Positions 1-9,841 of a stretch of DNA of 64,000 bases are shown here, piece by piece. The translations under genes and the position numbers were made by a program. Source of the DNA: a bacterium. Its GTDB lineage: Bacteria; UBA8248. The DNA is taken from NCBI GenBank assembly GCA_963692865.2, contig OY843592.1, forward strand, positions 1,216,001-1,280,000. The letters are read 5' to 3'. The notes below the pieces were generated by a model. It ran no database searches, was not told where the DNA came from, and saw nothing but the letters and a program-made list of their open reading frames with translations. How positions within the stretch are numbered: position 1 is the first letter of the stretch; the number at the start of each line of letters is the position of its first letter.

Positions 1-1990
1 CCTCGTTTCCGACGGCGATGCGTCCGGCGCCCGCCCGGCGGTCCGCCCCGGCCATGAACTTCGCCAGCTCGACGGCCTCGACGTGATGCGCCGGACGGCG
101 CAGGAGATTGACGAACTGGAAGGTGGATTCCCGGTCTTTGTCGATCTTTTTGGTGGCGACGACCAGCACTTCCGCCATCCCGGTGTCGGCGGAAAAAGCC
201 CGGTCGGTCGTCCCGTCGTTGGCGATGGTTACGATGGTTACGTCCTCGTAATGGGCCTCCAGCAGGCTCCGCGCGTTGCTCCACGATTCGCCCTGGGCGA
301 AGGTGGCGGGCAGCACCAGCGCCAGGACGCCCCCCGGCTTCAGCTTGACGTGCGCCAGGTCGATGAAGTTCGACGCCAGCCCGGCGTTGCCGTGGCCGAC
401 GGGCTGCGCGAGGCTCTTGCGGATTTGCTTCAGCCGCGAGCTCATGGCTTTCTGCTCGTCCTCGGAAGTGTTAAAGCCCGCAAAGGAGGGGATCGGGACT
501 TCCGCCGTTTCGTGGTTGGTCGGGTTGGTGAAGGGCGGATTCATGATCACGACGTCGAACAACCCGTGCTCGACGCCGATCTTGTTTGTCTCCTCGTTCC
601 TGCGGCCGGAGATTCTCTTCTCCCCCAGGCTGAGAAGGGGCGTGATGAACACCTGGTCGATGAGTTCCAGCGAGCCGACGTGGGGATGCGCGTTCTCGTC
701 GTAGCCGTAGGGCATCGTGACGATTCTGGTGGTTCCGAACACGACGCCCGGGTGGGCGTTCGACAGGGTGGACGCCGCCAGGTGCGTGGCGGCGGGCATG
801 ATGTCGAAGGCGTAGAGGGATTGCTCGACCATGGCGGAATGAACCTCGGCGTCGTCGCGTCCCGTTCGGCGGTAGCGGGCCAGAACGGCGTGGTAGAGCG
901 CGCCGATGAGGGTTCCGGTTCCGCAGGCGAGATCGGCGACTCTCAAACCCTTCACCTCATCCGCGTTTGCCCAGTCCGTTTGCAGTCTGGCTACGGCGAG
1001 TTCGGCGAGCAGGGTGGCGGACACCGGCAGCGTGTAGAAGGTGGCGAGGAACTTCCTGTCGGCGATGAGCTTCTGGAACATGCGACCGGAAAGATCGTTC
1101 AGCCCCGTCGCGCCCATGTCCGCCAGTTCGGACGCTTTCCCGTAAAGCAGGTTCAGGATTCTGTTCGCCTGGATCGTGGAGATGTTCCTCAGCAAATCCG
1201 ACGCAATCTTGAAGATCGGCCAGTAGTTGACGTTGTTGATGATCCACAGCCAACAGTCGATGACTCTCGAATTGGTGAATCCGAACTCGCCCTTCAACGT
1301 TTCGTGTGAGGGTATTCCCTGTTGTCCCTCGATGCGGGTGTGAAACACGGCGGCGTTGGCGATGATGGCGGCCGCCATGCGGTTGGTCTGCTCGCCCGGC
1401 GACTGGTGCAGATGTTCGGCGATTCTTCGGTGTATGCTCTCGTCCGCCGTCTTCAGGATGTTGGCGGCCTGGGTGACGCCCAGTTCGAGAACGTCCGTGG
1501 TTCTTGATACGAGGGATTCGGACAGGCTCGCCGACTCCAGGCAGTTCGCCACGTTGTCGATATTTCCTTCAAGCCAGCCCGTCTCGGGCCACCTTTGGCT
1601 GCCCCCGCCTTTGGTTTCGGAATAAATACAATAGGTGAAATTCGCTTGCCTGACGGCGTCCTCGATTCCGCTTTGCGCGATGGTTCGCAGTTCGGACGGA
1701 ATCCGAAGCGCGATGGCGTTCTCTATCGTTCTGCCGTCGCTCGCCAGTTGCTCGCCCAGGCGGGAAACGGCGTCCTCCTCCACCGTGGCGGCGGGGGTGA
1801 ACTCCGTCTCGACCGCCACCGGCGAGGTTCCCGGAGGCGAGAGTATGATGTCGGGCTGTTTTCCCGCCGCGCCTTGCAGGACGTGGGTCTGTTCGACGCC
1901 CAGGGCGTCTTTCCAGAGCGGATGCTTACCGCGCAGCACGTCGCCGAACGCGAAATTGAAAGCCTGCTCCGTCGTGGACGCTCTTTCCAT
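1..1990 (-). CDS. Type IIG-like restriction-modification protein / N6-adenine DNA methyltransferase (3' end runs off the window)
   Basis: Hand translation from ATG at 1990 (AAGGAG RBS upstream) is open to the window edge: MERASTTEQAFN...QPDII...VAVETEF (nuclease-like N-terminus), FYT, motif I VADLACGTG, motif IV VIMNPPF, KLKPGGVLALVLP. Absent from the ORF track because it has no stop inside the window. Confidence 0.85.
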   Translation of the reverse strand, partial: MERASTTEQAFNFAFGDVLRGKHPLWKDALGVEQTHVLQGAAGKQPDIILSPPGTSPVAVETEFTPAATVEEDAVSRLGEQLASDGRTIENAIALRIPSELRTIAQSGIEDAVRQANFTYCIYSETKGGGSQRWPETGWLEGNIDNVANCLESASLSESLVSRTTDVLELGVTQAANILKTADESIHRRIAEHLHQSPGEQTNRMAAAIIANAAVFHTRIEGQQGIPSHETLKGEFGFTNSRVIDCWLWIINNVNYWPIFKIASDLLRNISTIQANRILNLLYGKASELADMGATGLNDLSGRMFQKLIADRKFLATFYTLPVSATLLAELAVARLQTDWANADEVKGLRVADLACGTGTLIGALYHAVLARYRRTGRDDAEVHSAMVEQSLYAFDIMPAATHLAASTLSNAHPGVVFGTTRIVTMPYGYDENAHPHVGSLELIDQVFITPLLSLGEKRISGRRNEETNKIGVEHGLFDVVIMNPPFTNPTNHETAEVPIPSFAGFNTSEDEQKAMSSRLKQIRKSLAQPVGHGNAGLASNFIDLAHVKLKPGGVLALVLPATFAQGESWSNARSLLEAHYEDVTIVTIANDGTTDRAFSADTGMAEVLVVATKKIDKDRESTFQFVNLLRRPAHHVEAVELAKFMAGADRRAGAGRIAVGNE

Positions 1991-2220
1991 GCAGCGTAAT
2001 CTCCTTGGGTCCACCTGCGGGCGAGGCCGGGTTGGTTCATTTTCAGCAAAACCGGCAGCCGGATAATACCCTGTATCGGCCCGTAGCGTAAGACGCGCGC
2101 GGGCGGCGGCATGGCGATCGCCTTTATTCCTGAAAACGGATGATCCACGGCTCCGGGGCGGACGTGGGCGCATTCCCCTACTCGGGTCCCTCCCCCATCA
2201 CCCGCGGCGCGGTTCGGATT

Positions 2221-2249
2221 TTGACGAAGCCCTCCTCCGGCATCATACT
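2221..2249 (+). promoter_or_regulatory. Putative sigma70 promoter for the beta-barrel gene
   Basis: TTGACG-17 bp-CATACT about 45 bp upstream of ATG 2293. Confidence 0.45.
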
Positions 2250-2292
2250 ATCGCCGGGGTGCCCTTTTTCCGTCTTGCCGCGGGGGTTTTTC

Positions 2293-3066
2293 ATGATCAC
2301 GCGATGGCCGAGCCGCTCGCGGCGGTTTTTCGCCGCCGCCTGCATTCTCCTGACGCTCTGCCTGGCGCGCCGGGCCGCGAACGCCGCCGAGGGGATATAC
2401 GCCGGAATCGCGGTCGAGCAGGCGAGCGTCCGCGTGGATTACGTCAAATCCGCCGGAATCGACGCGCCGCCGCCCTCCTACAGGGAGGCGGAAGACGACG
2501 CGCGGGACGCTATCCGCTCCCTCCGGGCGTTCGCGGGGTACCGCCTGCGGCTGCCCGGACGATTCTATCTTTCGGGCGAGGTCGAGGCCGCCATTTACCC
2601 CGAGGGGGGCGTATCGGGGTTTCTGGAGAAGGGAACCGGCGCGGGAGACCGCGACGTATGGCGCGGAGCTTGGACTTTCGAGAAGCGCAGCGGCGTCGGC
2701 TTCAACGTCAAGGCGGGGTACGCGCCCGAGTCCATGGATTTTCTGGGCGCGGGCCGCTCGCTCTACCTGCTCGCCGGAATGCGCCGGCTCGACGCGCGGG
2801 TCGAGGCGGCGCACGACAACGGGCAGGGGATATCGGGCGTCAGACGCGAGAACGTCGCAGCGACCCCGTGGCTGATCGGGGCCGGGGTGGAATTCGGAGG
2901 CGCGCGGGGCCGGTTCGACTTGCGGGTGAGCTACGCGCGCTACGATTTCGGTTTCGGCGGCGGCGGGGACGGCTCGGCCTTGAACAGACCGAGGCTCCGC
3001 TACGGGTTCGACGCTTCGGAATGGAGCGTTTCCCTGGGTTACGTCTGGTCGTTTTCAAGCGATTAG
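2293..3066 (+). CDS. Outer-membrane beta-barrel protein (8-stranded OmpA/opacity-like family)
   Basis: Signal peptide (RRFFAAACILLTLCLARRAANA), GIYAGI first strand, alternating aromatic strands, C-terminal SVSLGYVWSF. Confidence 0.7.
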   Translation: MITRWPSRSRRFFAAACILLTLCLARRAANAAEGIYAGIAVEQASVRVDYVKSAGIDAPPPSYREAEDDARDAIRSLRAFAGYRLRLPGRFYLSGEVEAAIYPEGGVSGFLEKGTGAGDRDVWRGAWTFEKRSGVGFNVKAGYAPESMDFLGAGRSLYLLAGMRRLDARVEAAHDNGQGISGVRRENVAATPWLIGAGVEFGGARGRFDLRVSYARYDFGFGGGGDGSALNRPRLRYGFDASEWSVSLGYVWSFSSD

Positions 3067-3169
3067 CGGCCCACCGGCCCGCGACGCCGCGAGCCGCCCC
3101 TGCGACGGCTTCTCCCTTTTCGCGGGTGAGCCGCAATCCCCTCTCAACCGGAGCAACCCCTCCCTCCTC

Positions 3170-3402
3170 GGGGTTGTTGGAAAAGTCCGATGCGGCGCCA
3201 TCCCCTCCTCGCCCTTCGCGGCCCGCCGCTCCGCCTCACCCTGAGTAGCGGCGAAGCCGCGTATCGAAGGGCGAAATTCGCGTCCCGCCGGCTGGATGCG
3301 TTCCCCCATCCTTCGATACGGCGCTTACGCGCCTACTCAGGATGAGGAAAGAGGCGTCGGCGGGTTGCGGGGGTCGAAGACGAGGGGTTTTTCAACAGCC
3401 CC
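3170..3402. mobile_element. MITE-like element (GGGTTGTTGGAAAA...TTTTTCAACAGCCCC) carrying a CCTGAGTAG...CGTATCGAAGG / CCTTCGATACG...CTACTCAGG palindromic module
   Basis: Terminal inverted repeats; interior nearly identical to 46240-46464; overlaps the last codons of the DUF523/DUF1722 gene. Confidence 0.65.
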
Positions 3403-4356
3403 GCCTCGGTCGGGATTGACCCCCAACACCCCCGGATAAGGCTCGAAAAGGGTCTGCGCTTCTAGATACTCGGAGCCGAAGCGCGCGGTCCAGTCTTCAA
3501 GCATATCGAGCGGCGCACCCAGCGGGATTCTCCCCTGCCGGTATGCTTCGAGCGCGTCGAGAAAGCGTCTTTTTTCTTCATTGGTGATTTTCTCCGATAG
3601 ATGCCCCATGGCGTGGGTTAAGGCGTTCACCCATGAGGCCTGGCCGGGCGTGCGGGCGAGGAGCCGCAAGAGCGCGCTTTCGTAAGCGGAGGCGACTTCG
3701 CTGAAGGCGCGTTTATCAAAGTTCGCGGCGACCCGCCCCATCTCGCGCATGGTCTCCTGATCAAATGCCAGGAACAGGAGCTTGTTCTCCGCGTGGTAGC
3801 GGGTGAGGCGTTCGGCGCGGCCTGATTCCCTGGCTTCGCGGAAGGCGGCGAGCGCGAAGATTCTGGTGAGGAAACCCGCGCGAACTTGCCTGTCGTTCAG
3901 ACCGGCCTCGTCTACGAACGCGAGGGCGCCGAACGCTTCGAGCGCGGCCCCGGCGAACAGGCCCGGCCCCTGGGCGATTTGCTCATCCGAGTCGGGAGCG
4001 GGGAATATCCTGGCGTCGGTGATGGCGCAGGAAGGGGATTTGGCTTTCAAGATAAAGCCGTCGACTTCTTCGAGATTCTCAAGAAACAATCTGGAAAAAG
4101 CGTTCATGTCCCGAGTCAGGTGTCTCTTCGTGCTGGGCTGATAGAGGCGTTTCCTCCCGCCTTGCAGGTGGATTCGTATCGGGTCCCTCGGCGTGCCGAG
4201 GCCGATCTCCACCTCGGGGCAGACGGGCCGGAAGCGCACGTGGGGTTTCAGGCGCTCGACGAAGGATGAGGAGATGCGCTCGCCGTTGTAGCGGCACGCC
4301 TCGAACTCCAGGCACTTGCTCACCACGACGACGGGTTTGGCGAACGCGCGGTTCAT
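3337..4356 (-). CDS. DUF523 + DUF1722 (YbgA family / 2-thiouracil desulfurase-like) protein
   Basis: VSKCLEFEACRYNG, PVCPEVEIGLGTPR, GFILKAKSPSC, YHAENKL, NALTHAMGH motifs; start trimmed to ATG 4356. Confidence 0.85.
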   Translation of the reverse strand: MNRAFAKPVVVVSKCLEFEACRYNGERISSSFVERLKPHVRFRPVCPEVEIGLGTPRDPIRIHLQGGRKRLYQPSTKRHLTRDMNAFSRLFLENLEEVDGFILKAKSPSCAITDARIFPAPDSDEQIAQGPGLFAGAALEAFGALAFVDEAGLNDRQVRAGFLTRIFALAAFREARESGRAERLTRYHAENKLLFLAFDQETMREMGRVAANFDKRAFSEVASAYESALLRLLARTPGQASWVNALTHAMGHLSEKITNEEKRRFLDALEAYRQGRIPLGAPLDMLEDWTARFGSEYLEAQTLFEPYPGVLGVNPDRGGAVEKPLVFDPRNPPTPLSSS

Positions 4357-4373
4357 TGCACCCCTCCCGAGGC

Positions 4374-4707
4374 GGGGTTGTTGAAAAAGTCCTCGGGAGC
4401 GATTTTTGCGTGCACGCTTTTGAAGTTCACTCCCCCCTTGAGGGTCGGGCATCCCGAGGGGAATGCCCGACGATGAAGCCGAGCGGTATTTGCGAAGGCT
4501 GAATCGGTGGGGGGTAAAATGCGTTTTATCGCCATTCCGAATTATACTCCCCACCGAATCGCTTTCGGGCTTACGCCCTCAGCTCTTCGACTCCCCCTCA
4601 AGGGGGGAGTGGTTGGTTGGCGCTCTGCAATGGAGGAGTAAAGTTTCCGCTCTCCCCGGTCGGCTACATACGCCGAATCACGAAATCATGGCTTTTTCAA
4701 CAGCCCC
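4374..4707. mobile_element. MITE-like element with CACTCCCCCCTTGAGGG...CCCTCAAGGGGGGAGTG internal module
   Basis: Ends GGGGTTGTTGAAAAA and TTTTTCAACAGCCCC; interior shared with 6779-6972, 8000-8148 and 38700-38960. Confidence 0.65.
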
Positions 4708-4766
4708 GGGATGATGGGCGCGGCGGCGATGCGCATCGTGGAATCCTGAGCGGCTAGCGGGCGCGC

Positions 4767-6548
4767 CTATTCGTAGTCATAAAATCCCTTGCCCGTCTTT
4801 CTGCCCAGCCAGCCCGCCGAGGTCATCCGGCGCAGGATGGGCGGGGCGTAGAACCGCGCCTCGCCCAGTTCTTCGGCCATCGAGTCGGCGACGAAGGTCT
4901 GCACGTCCGCGCCCACCAGGTCGATGAGCGTGAGCGGCCCCATCGGGTGGCCGAGTCCCATGCTGATGGCCTTGTCCATGCTCTCCCTGTCGGCGAGGCC
5001 CTCGTCGAACGCATGGGCGGCGTGGTTGAGATAGGGCACGAGCAGGCGGTTCACGAGGAATCCCGGCCTGTCCTTCACGGGAATGGGCGTCTTGCCGATG
5101 CGGCGGCAGAACGCGACGCCGAACTCGGTGATCTCGGGCGCCGTCTGGACGGCCTCGATCACCTCGACGAGCCGCATCGCGTAGGGCGGGTTGAAGAAGT
5201 GGAGGCCGACCACGCGCTCGGGGGCTTTCGTCTTCGCCGCCATGGCGGTGACCGAAAGGCACGAGGTGTTCGACGCGATGACGGCGCCTTCTTTCGCGAT
5301 CTCTCCCAGCTTTTCGAAGAGTTCGAGCTTGGCGTCGAGGTTCTCGACGATCACCTCGATGATGAGGTCGCAGTCCGCAAGCGCTCCCAGGTCGGTCGAG
5401 CCGCCGAGGCGCGCGAGCGTCGCCTCTTTTTGGGACTCGTCCATCTTCCCGCGCTTGACCGCGCCGTCCAGGTTCCTGCGAATGCGGGTGAGGCCCGCTT
5501 CCAAGGCTCCTGCGTTCACCTCGACGCCGGTTACGTCGAGTCCCGCGGTGATGCACACCTGCGCGATGCCCGACCCCATGGCGCCGAGACCGACCACGCC
5601 GACTTTTTGCACCGCGTCCGCGATGGGCTGTCCCCGGGAGAGGTCGCGCTCATTCGCGGCGTCTTCTTCGGGTTCCGCGACGCCGAACACGCCGGCGGAC
5701 TTGTAGGTGTAGAACCCTCGCCCCGTCTTCGCGCCCAAGGATCCTGCGTCTATCATGCGGTCCACCAGCGGCGGGGGGATGTAGCGCGGGTCCTTGAGTT
5801 GTTCGTACATCGAGAGCGAGACCGTGCGGTGGATGTCCAGCCCCTCGATGTCGAGCAGGCGCATGGGGCCCATCCGGTAGCCGAGGCCCAGCCGCACGCC
5901 CGCGTCCAGGTCCGCCGGGTTCGTGTAGCCCGATTCGATCAAGCGGATGCAGTCGTTCTGGAACGCCACGAGGAAGTAGTTGATCACGAAGCCGGGCCAG
6001 TCCTTGACCGTGACGGGCGTCTGCCCGACTTCCTCCAGAAAGGCCATGGTCGCGCTCGTGGTCTCATCGCTCGTGAGGAGGCCGGGGGCGACTTCCACGA
6101 GCCTGTTGAGCGCGGCGGGCAGGCAGAAATGCGCGCCGATGGTCTGGGCGGGCCGCCCCGACGCCGCCCCCATGTGGGAGATGGAGAGCGTGCTCGTGTT
6201 GGACGCGATGATGGCGCTTCCGTCCAGTACGGCGTTCAGGCTTTTGAGCAGCTTGTTCTTCTCCTCGCGGTCTTCGGTGATGGCCTCGATCACCAGGTCG
6301 CAATCCCCGAGTCCCGTGAGCGATTCGGCCCGGCTTATCCGGCCCAGCATCGCGTCCCTCTCCTCGGGCGAGGTCTTGCCCTTCGCCACGCCCGCGTCCA
6401 CGAACGAGCGCACCCGCGCCATGCCGGCCTCCATGGCCTCCGCGTTCGCCTCGAAGACGACCGTCTCCTTGCCGCCCCGGGCGCATACGATGGCGATGTT
6501 CGAACCCATCGTCCCCAGACCGGCGACGCCCACCCGTTTCACCTTCAT
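4767..6548 (-). CDS. Tandem double 3-hydroxyacyl-CoA (3-hydroxybutyryl-CoA) dehydrogenase
   Basis: Two complete units, each with GxGxMG, DLxIE, ASNTS, HF, PGFxxN and MGP motifs, each ending GxKTGxGFY. Confidence 0.9.
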   Translation of the reverse strand: MKVKRVGVAGLGTMGSNIAIVCARGGKETVVFEANAEAMEAGMARVRSFVDAGVAKGKTSPEERDAMLGRISRAESLTGLGDCDLVIEAITEDREEKNKLLKSLNAVLDGSAIIASNTSTLSISHMGAASGRPAQTIGAHFCLPAALNRLVEVAPGLLTSDETTSATMAFLEEVGQTPVTVKDWPGFVINYFLVAFQNDCIRLIESGYTNPADLDAGVRLGLGYRMGPMRLLDIEGLDIHRTVSLSMYEQLKDPRYIPPPLVDRMIDAGSLGAKTGRGFYTYKSAGVFGVAEPEEDAANERDLSRGQPIADAVQKVGVVGLGAMGSGIAQVCITAGLDVTGVEVNAGALEAGLTRIRRNLDGAVKRGKMDESQKEATLARLGGSTDLGALADCDLIIEVIVENLDAKLELFEKLGEIAKEGAVIASNTSCLSVTAMAAKTKAPERVVGLHFFNPPYAMRLVEVIEAVQTAPEITEFGVAFCRRIGKTPIPVKDRPGFLVNRLLVPYLNHAAHAFDEGLADRESMDKAISMGLGHPMGPLTLIDLVGADVQTFVADSMAEELGEARFYAPPILRRMTSAGWLGRKTGKGFYDYE

Positions 6549-6736
6549 GGAATTCTCCCCTCGATTGCCATAGCCTTTCATGAGCGAGGCGCGTTTCCCC
6601 GCCTGGAATTTCGCAGTGTCGAACCGCATGTTCAGTATGAAAATTCTTCGAAGAGGGGCGCTCGCGCATCTTCAAAGTTTCCGTACGTGGGTCTCTTTGT
6701 AGGCTTCGCGCCGGATTCTTGTCAATCCGGCCTTGG

Positions 6737-7013
6737 GGGGGTTGTGGAAAAAGGCCACAGAAGGAGCGCACTGAATTTCACTCCCCCCTTGAGGGTCTGG
6801 CTTCCCGAGGGGAAAGCCAGACGATGAAGCCGAGCGGTTTGTGCGAAGGCTGAATCGGTGGGGGGACGATTCTAAATGAAAAACTCCCCCCACCGGTTCG
6901 GTTTCGGGAAAAAAACTTCCTCACCTCACCGTCGGTCTTCCCCGAGGGAGACCGACCCTCAAGGGGGGAGTGAAATTCAGTGCGCTCCTTCTGTGTACTT
7001 CCCCAACCACCCC
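6737..7013. repeat. Degenerate MITE/REP mosaic
   Basis: GGGGGTTGTGGAAAAA left end; CACTCCCCCCTTGAGGG...CCCTCAAGGGGGGAGTG module, largely an inverted copy of 8000-8148. Confidence 0.6.
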
Positions 7014-7051
7014 TTGCAAGTTCGCCGATCCGGTTTATGATTTTCCCCATC

Positions 7052-7414
7052 ATGAACATCTCGCGCGAGAAGCTGGAGCAACTGATAGAACAAGCCGCGC
7101 AGACGGGCGAACCCGTCTCGATGGAGGGGGAGGACCTCTCCTGGGCGGACCTGGGCGGGTGCGACCTCGCCGACGCCAACCTGAGGGGAGCGAGCCTGGT
7201 GCGCGCCAATCTCTCGGGCGCCGATCTATCGGGCGCGGACCTGCGCGAGGCGGATCTCAGGAACGCCGATCTGGAGGGCGCCGTCCTGCGCGACGCGAAC
7301 CTTTGCGACGCCGACGTCGCGGGGGCGAGCTTCCGGGATGCGGATTTGACGGGTGCTGAGGTCGATGGCGTGAACTTCGACGAGGCGATCATCGAGGACG
7401 CGCGTTTTCTCTAG
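7052..7414 (+). CDS. Pentapeptide repeat protein
   Basis: A(D/N)LxG repeats (ADLGG CDLAD ANLRG ASLVR ANLSG ADLSG...). Confidence 0.9.
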   Translation: MNISREKLEQLIEQAAQTGEPVSMEGEDLSWADLGGCDLADANLRGASLVRANLSGADLSGADLREADLRNADLEGAVLRDANLCDADVAGASFRDADLTGAEVDGVNFDEAIIEDARFL

Positions 7415-8204
7415 GGGTTGTTGGCCCTGTTTGCGTGATTCGGCGCATGTAATCGACAGACGAGAGATAAGATGCACTCCCCCCTTGAGGGGGCCGTTGA
7501 AAAAGCTTCGTGGCAGGGCAAAGGCAACCCCCTTGAGGGGAAGACCTCATAAAGGCAACCCCCCTACCCCCCTTGTCAGGGCTGTTGAAAACCCTCGATG
7601 AGTGAGAGATTGTCGGTATTGCGTAGGGACAACCCTCCGTGGTTGTCCTCCATCGGACAGGCACGGAGGCCTGTCCCTACGGTCGCCATTCGAGGGGATG
7701 TGCAGGGGTCGCCCGATCGGGATTGACCCACCGCGCGGCATCGGGCTTGGCAGAACGCTTGACGCCCTCATCCCGCGCAAGCGCCCCAAGCCCTCATCCT
7801 GAGTAGGCGCGCAAGCGCCGTATCGAAGGATGGGGCGCATCTCTCCGGCGGACGCGCTTCGCCCTTCGATACGCCGCCTTCGGCGGCTACTCAGGGTGAA
7901 GCAGAGCGGCGGGTAGCTCGGGGGGTGGGAGGTATGACGTGCAAGTGCGGAGAATGCGCCGCGCGCATTTTCCCATTGACGGGCTTTTTCAACAGCCCCT
8001 TGAGGGTCCGGTCTCCCTCGGGGAAGACCGACGGTGAGGGGAGTTTTTCATTTGGAATCGTCCCCCCACCGATTCAGCCTTCGCACAAACCGCTCGGCTT
8101 CATCGTCTGGCTTTCCCCTCGGGAAGCCGGACCCTCAAGGGGGAGTGAACTTCAAGCGTGCGCGCAACCCGAAATTGTTTCCCGGAGATTTTTCAACAAC
8201 CCCC
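7414..8204. repeat. Nested MITE/REP mosaic
   Basis: Several GTTGAAAAA / TTTTTCAAC ends, GTAGGGACAACC...GTCCCTAC, CCTGAGTAG module (7793-7900) and CTTGAGGG module (8000-8148). Confidence 0.65.
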
Positions 8205-8234
8205 TTTGGGGGCGCGCGCTGGGTCCGGCCCCGC

Positions 8235-9413
8235 CTATTCCTCTCCGCGTAATATGATGGAGACCATCTCCCGCAGGCCGACCGCCTCCACGTTCTTCGC
8301 GACGGGGTGGCGCTCCTCGCCCGAATAGACGATGAAGGCGCGCTCGGGCTTCACGTCCTCGCAGGCGTGGTGGAAGCCCTTGCCGGGACCGGGGGAGAGG
8401 CCGCGTTTGATCTCGACCGCCCACGGACCCCGCCTCCCCGGGAGTTCGAGCACGAGGTCGATCTCCGCGCCCGCCAGGGTGCGGTAGAAGCTCGCCATGG
8501 TCCGGGGCGGGGCGACGGCGAGGAGGTTCTCGATGACGAAACCCTCCCAGCTCGGCCCCACGACCGGGTGGCCCGCGAGCGCGTCGTAATCCTCGACCCC
8601 GAGCAGGGCGTGGACGATGCCGCTGTCGCGCACGTACGTCTTGGGCGATTTGACCAGCCGCTTCTTGACGTTCGCGTGGAACGGGCGCAGGCGGCGGACG
8701 AGGAGCAGGTCGACCAGCAGGTCGATGTAGCCGGTCACCGTCGGGGCGCTGACCGCAAGCCCCGCGGCCAGCTTCGACGCGTTGAGCAGCGTGCCCTGCC
8801 CGTGGGCCAGCATGGTCCAGAACCGCTCCAGCGTCTCCGCCGGGATGCGCCGGCCGAACTGCGTCACGTCGCGCTCCAGGTAGGAGCGGATGAAATTCCG
8901 CCGGAAGGTCATGCTGTCGGCGTCGTCGTCGGCCAAAAAGCTGTCCGGGAAGCCGCCGCGCACCCACAGCTCCGTGGCGGCCCGCGCGTCGGGCGCGGCC
9001 TCGCTCACGTCGAGCGGGCCGAGTTCGACGTATTCGATCCGCCCGGCGAGGCTCTCCCCCGATTGGCGGAGCAGGTCGAGCGACGCCGATCCCAGCATCA
9101 GAAAGCGGCCCGTTCGCTTCCCCCGCCTGCGGCCCCGGTCGATCAGGCCGCGCAACTCCTGGAACAGCTCCGGGGCGCGGTGGATCTCGTCGAGGATGAC
9201 GAGGCGGTCCTCGTATTCGCCGAGATAGAGCGCGGGGTCGGCGAGTTTCTCCCGATCCGTGCGGGATTCCAGGTCGAGATAGATCGCGTCCGCGCTTTCG
9301 GCGATCTCGAGGGCCAGCGTCGTCTTGCCGACCTGGCGCGCGCCGAGCAGGGCGACGGAGGCCTGTCTGCCGAGCGCTTTCAGTATGTTTTGGTATGATC
9401 GTCTGTATATCAT
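8235..9413 (-). CDS. AAA+ ATPase (AAA_14) with winged-helix and DUF4143 / PD-(D/E)XK-like C-terminus
   Basis: Walker A GARQVGKT, Walker B VILDEIH, LGSAS, ESLAGR, RGGFP, YLERD, KRLVKSPKTY.RDSG, AEIDLV...AVEIK. Confidence 0.9.
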   Translation of the reverse strand: MIYRRSYQNILKALGRQASVALLGARQVGKTTLALEIAESADAIYLDLESRTDREKLADPALYLGEYEDRLVILDEIHRAPELFQELRGLIDRGRRRGKRTGRFLMLGSASLDLLRQSGESLAGRIEYVELGPLDVSEAAPDARAATELWVRGGFPDSFLADDDADSMTFRRNFIRSYLERDVTQFGRRIPAETLERFWTMLAHGQGTLLNASKLAAGLAVSAPTVTGYIDLLVDLLLVRRLRPFHANVKKRLVKSPKTYVRDSGIVHALLGVEDYDALAGHPVVGPSWEGFVIENLLAVAPPRTMASFYRTLAGAEIDLVLELPGRRGPWAVEIKRGLSPGPGKGFHHACEDVKPERAFIVYSGEERHPVAKNVEAVGLREMVSIILRGEE

Positions 9414-9711
9414 CCTTGTAAATTAAAACAAACACTTTTAATTTGCAAGGATAATCCAAATTTTTCTTGTAAATTAAAAGTCTAACTTTCATTTTACAAG
9501 GATAAACTTTCTTCTCCCGGCTCAGGGTGAGGCGGGAACGAGGCTCCGGAAGTCATCGGACCGGGGGATGGCGCCGGGTTTCAGGCCGGCGAAGTCGTGT
9601 GCGGGCGGATCCCCGCCTTGCCCGGATAGGACCTCTTCAGGACGATCCGGCGGGATATTTGCCAATTATCCTTGTAAATTAAAAGTCAGACTTTCAATTT
9701 ACAAGGATAAT
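9412..9711. promoter_or_regulatory. Three copies of a 41-47-bp AT-rich imperfect palindrome (putative operator array)
   Basis: ATCCTTGTAAATTAAAA-N7-TTT(T/C)A(A/T)TT(T)(G/A)CAAGGAT at 9412-9452, 9463-9503 and 9665-9711; copy 1 overlaps the ATG/RBS of the AAA+ gene. Confidence 0.7.
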
Positions 9712-9841
9712 GGCCTGATTTGCTGGTTTCTCGGACGCGCCGGGAGAGAAAACGGCGGCGCCACGAGGATGGAAGACGAAAGCGTTATGGTGAAACTGCG
9801 CGAGGGAACGGGCTCCGGCGTCCGTCCGGCTCCAGGGTTTT

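Noticed and set aside
83-2066. Plus-strand ORFs 83-1309, 1595-1999, 1635-2066
   Set aside because: Antisense shadows of the minus-strand methyltransferase gene; no recognisable motifs.
4947-6827. 626-aa plus-strand ORF (and similar long ORFs such as 59829-61985, 25747-26757, 40312-41352)
   Set aside because: High-GC antisense shadows of well-supported genes on the opposite strand.
9412-9711. Palindrome trio as a mini-CRISPR
   Set aside because: Gaps are 10 bp and about 160 bp, not spacer-like, and one copy overlaps a start codon.
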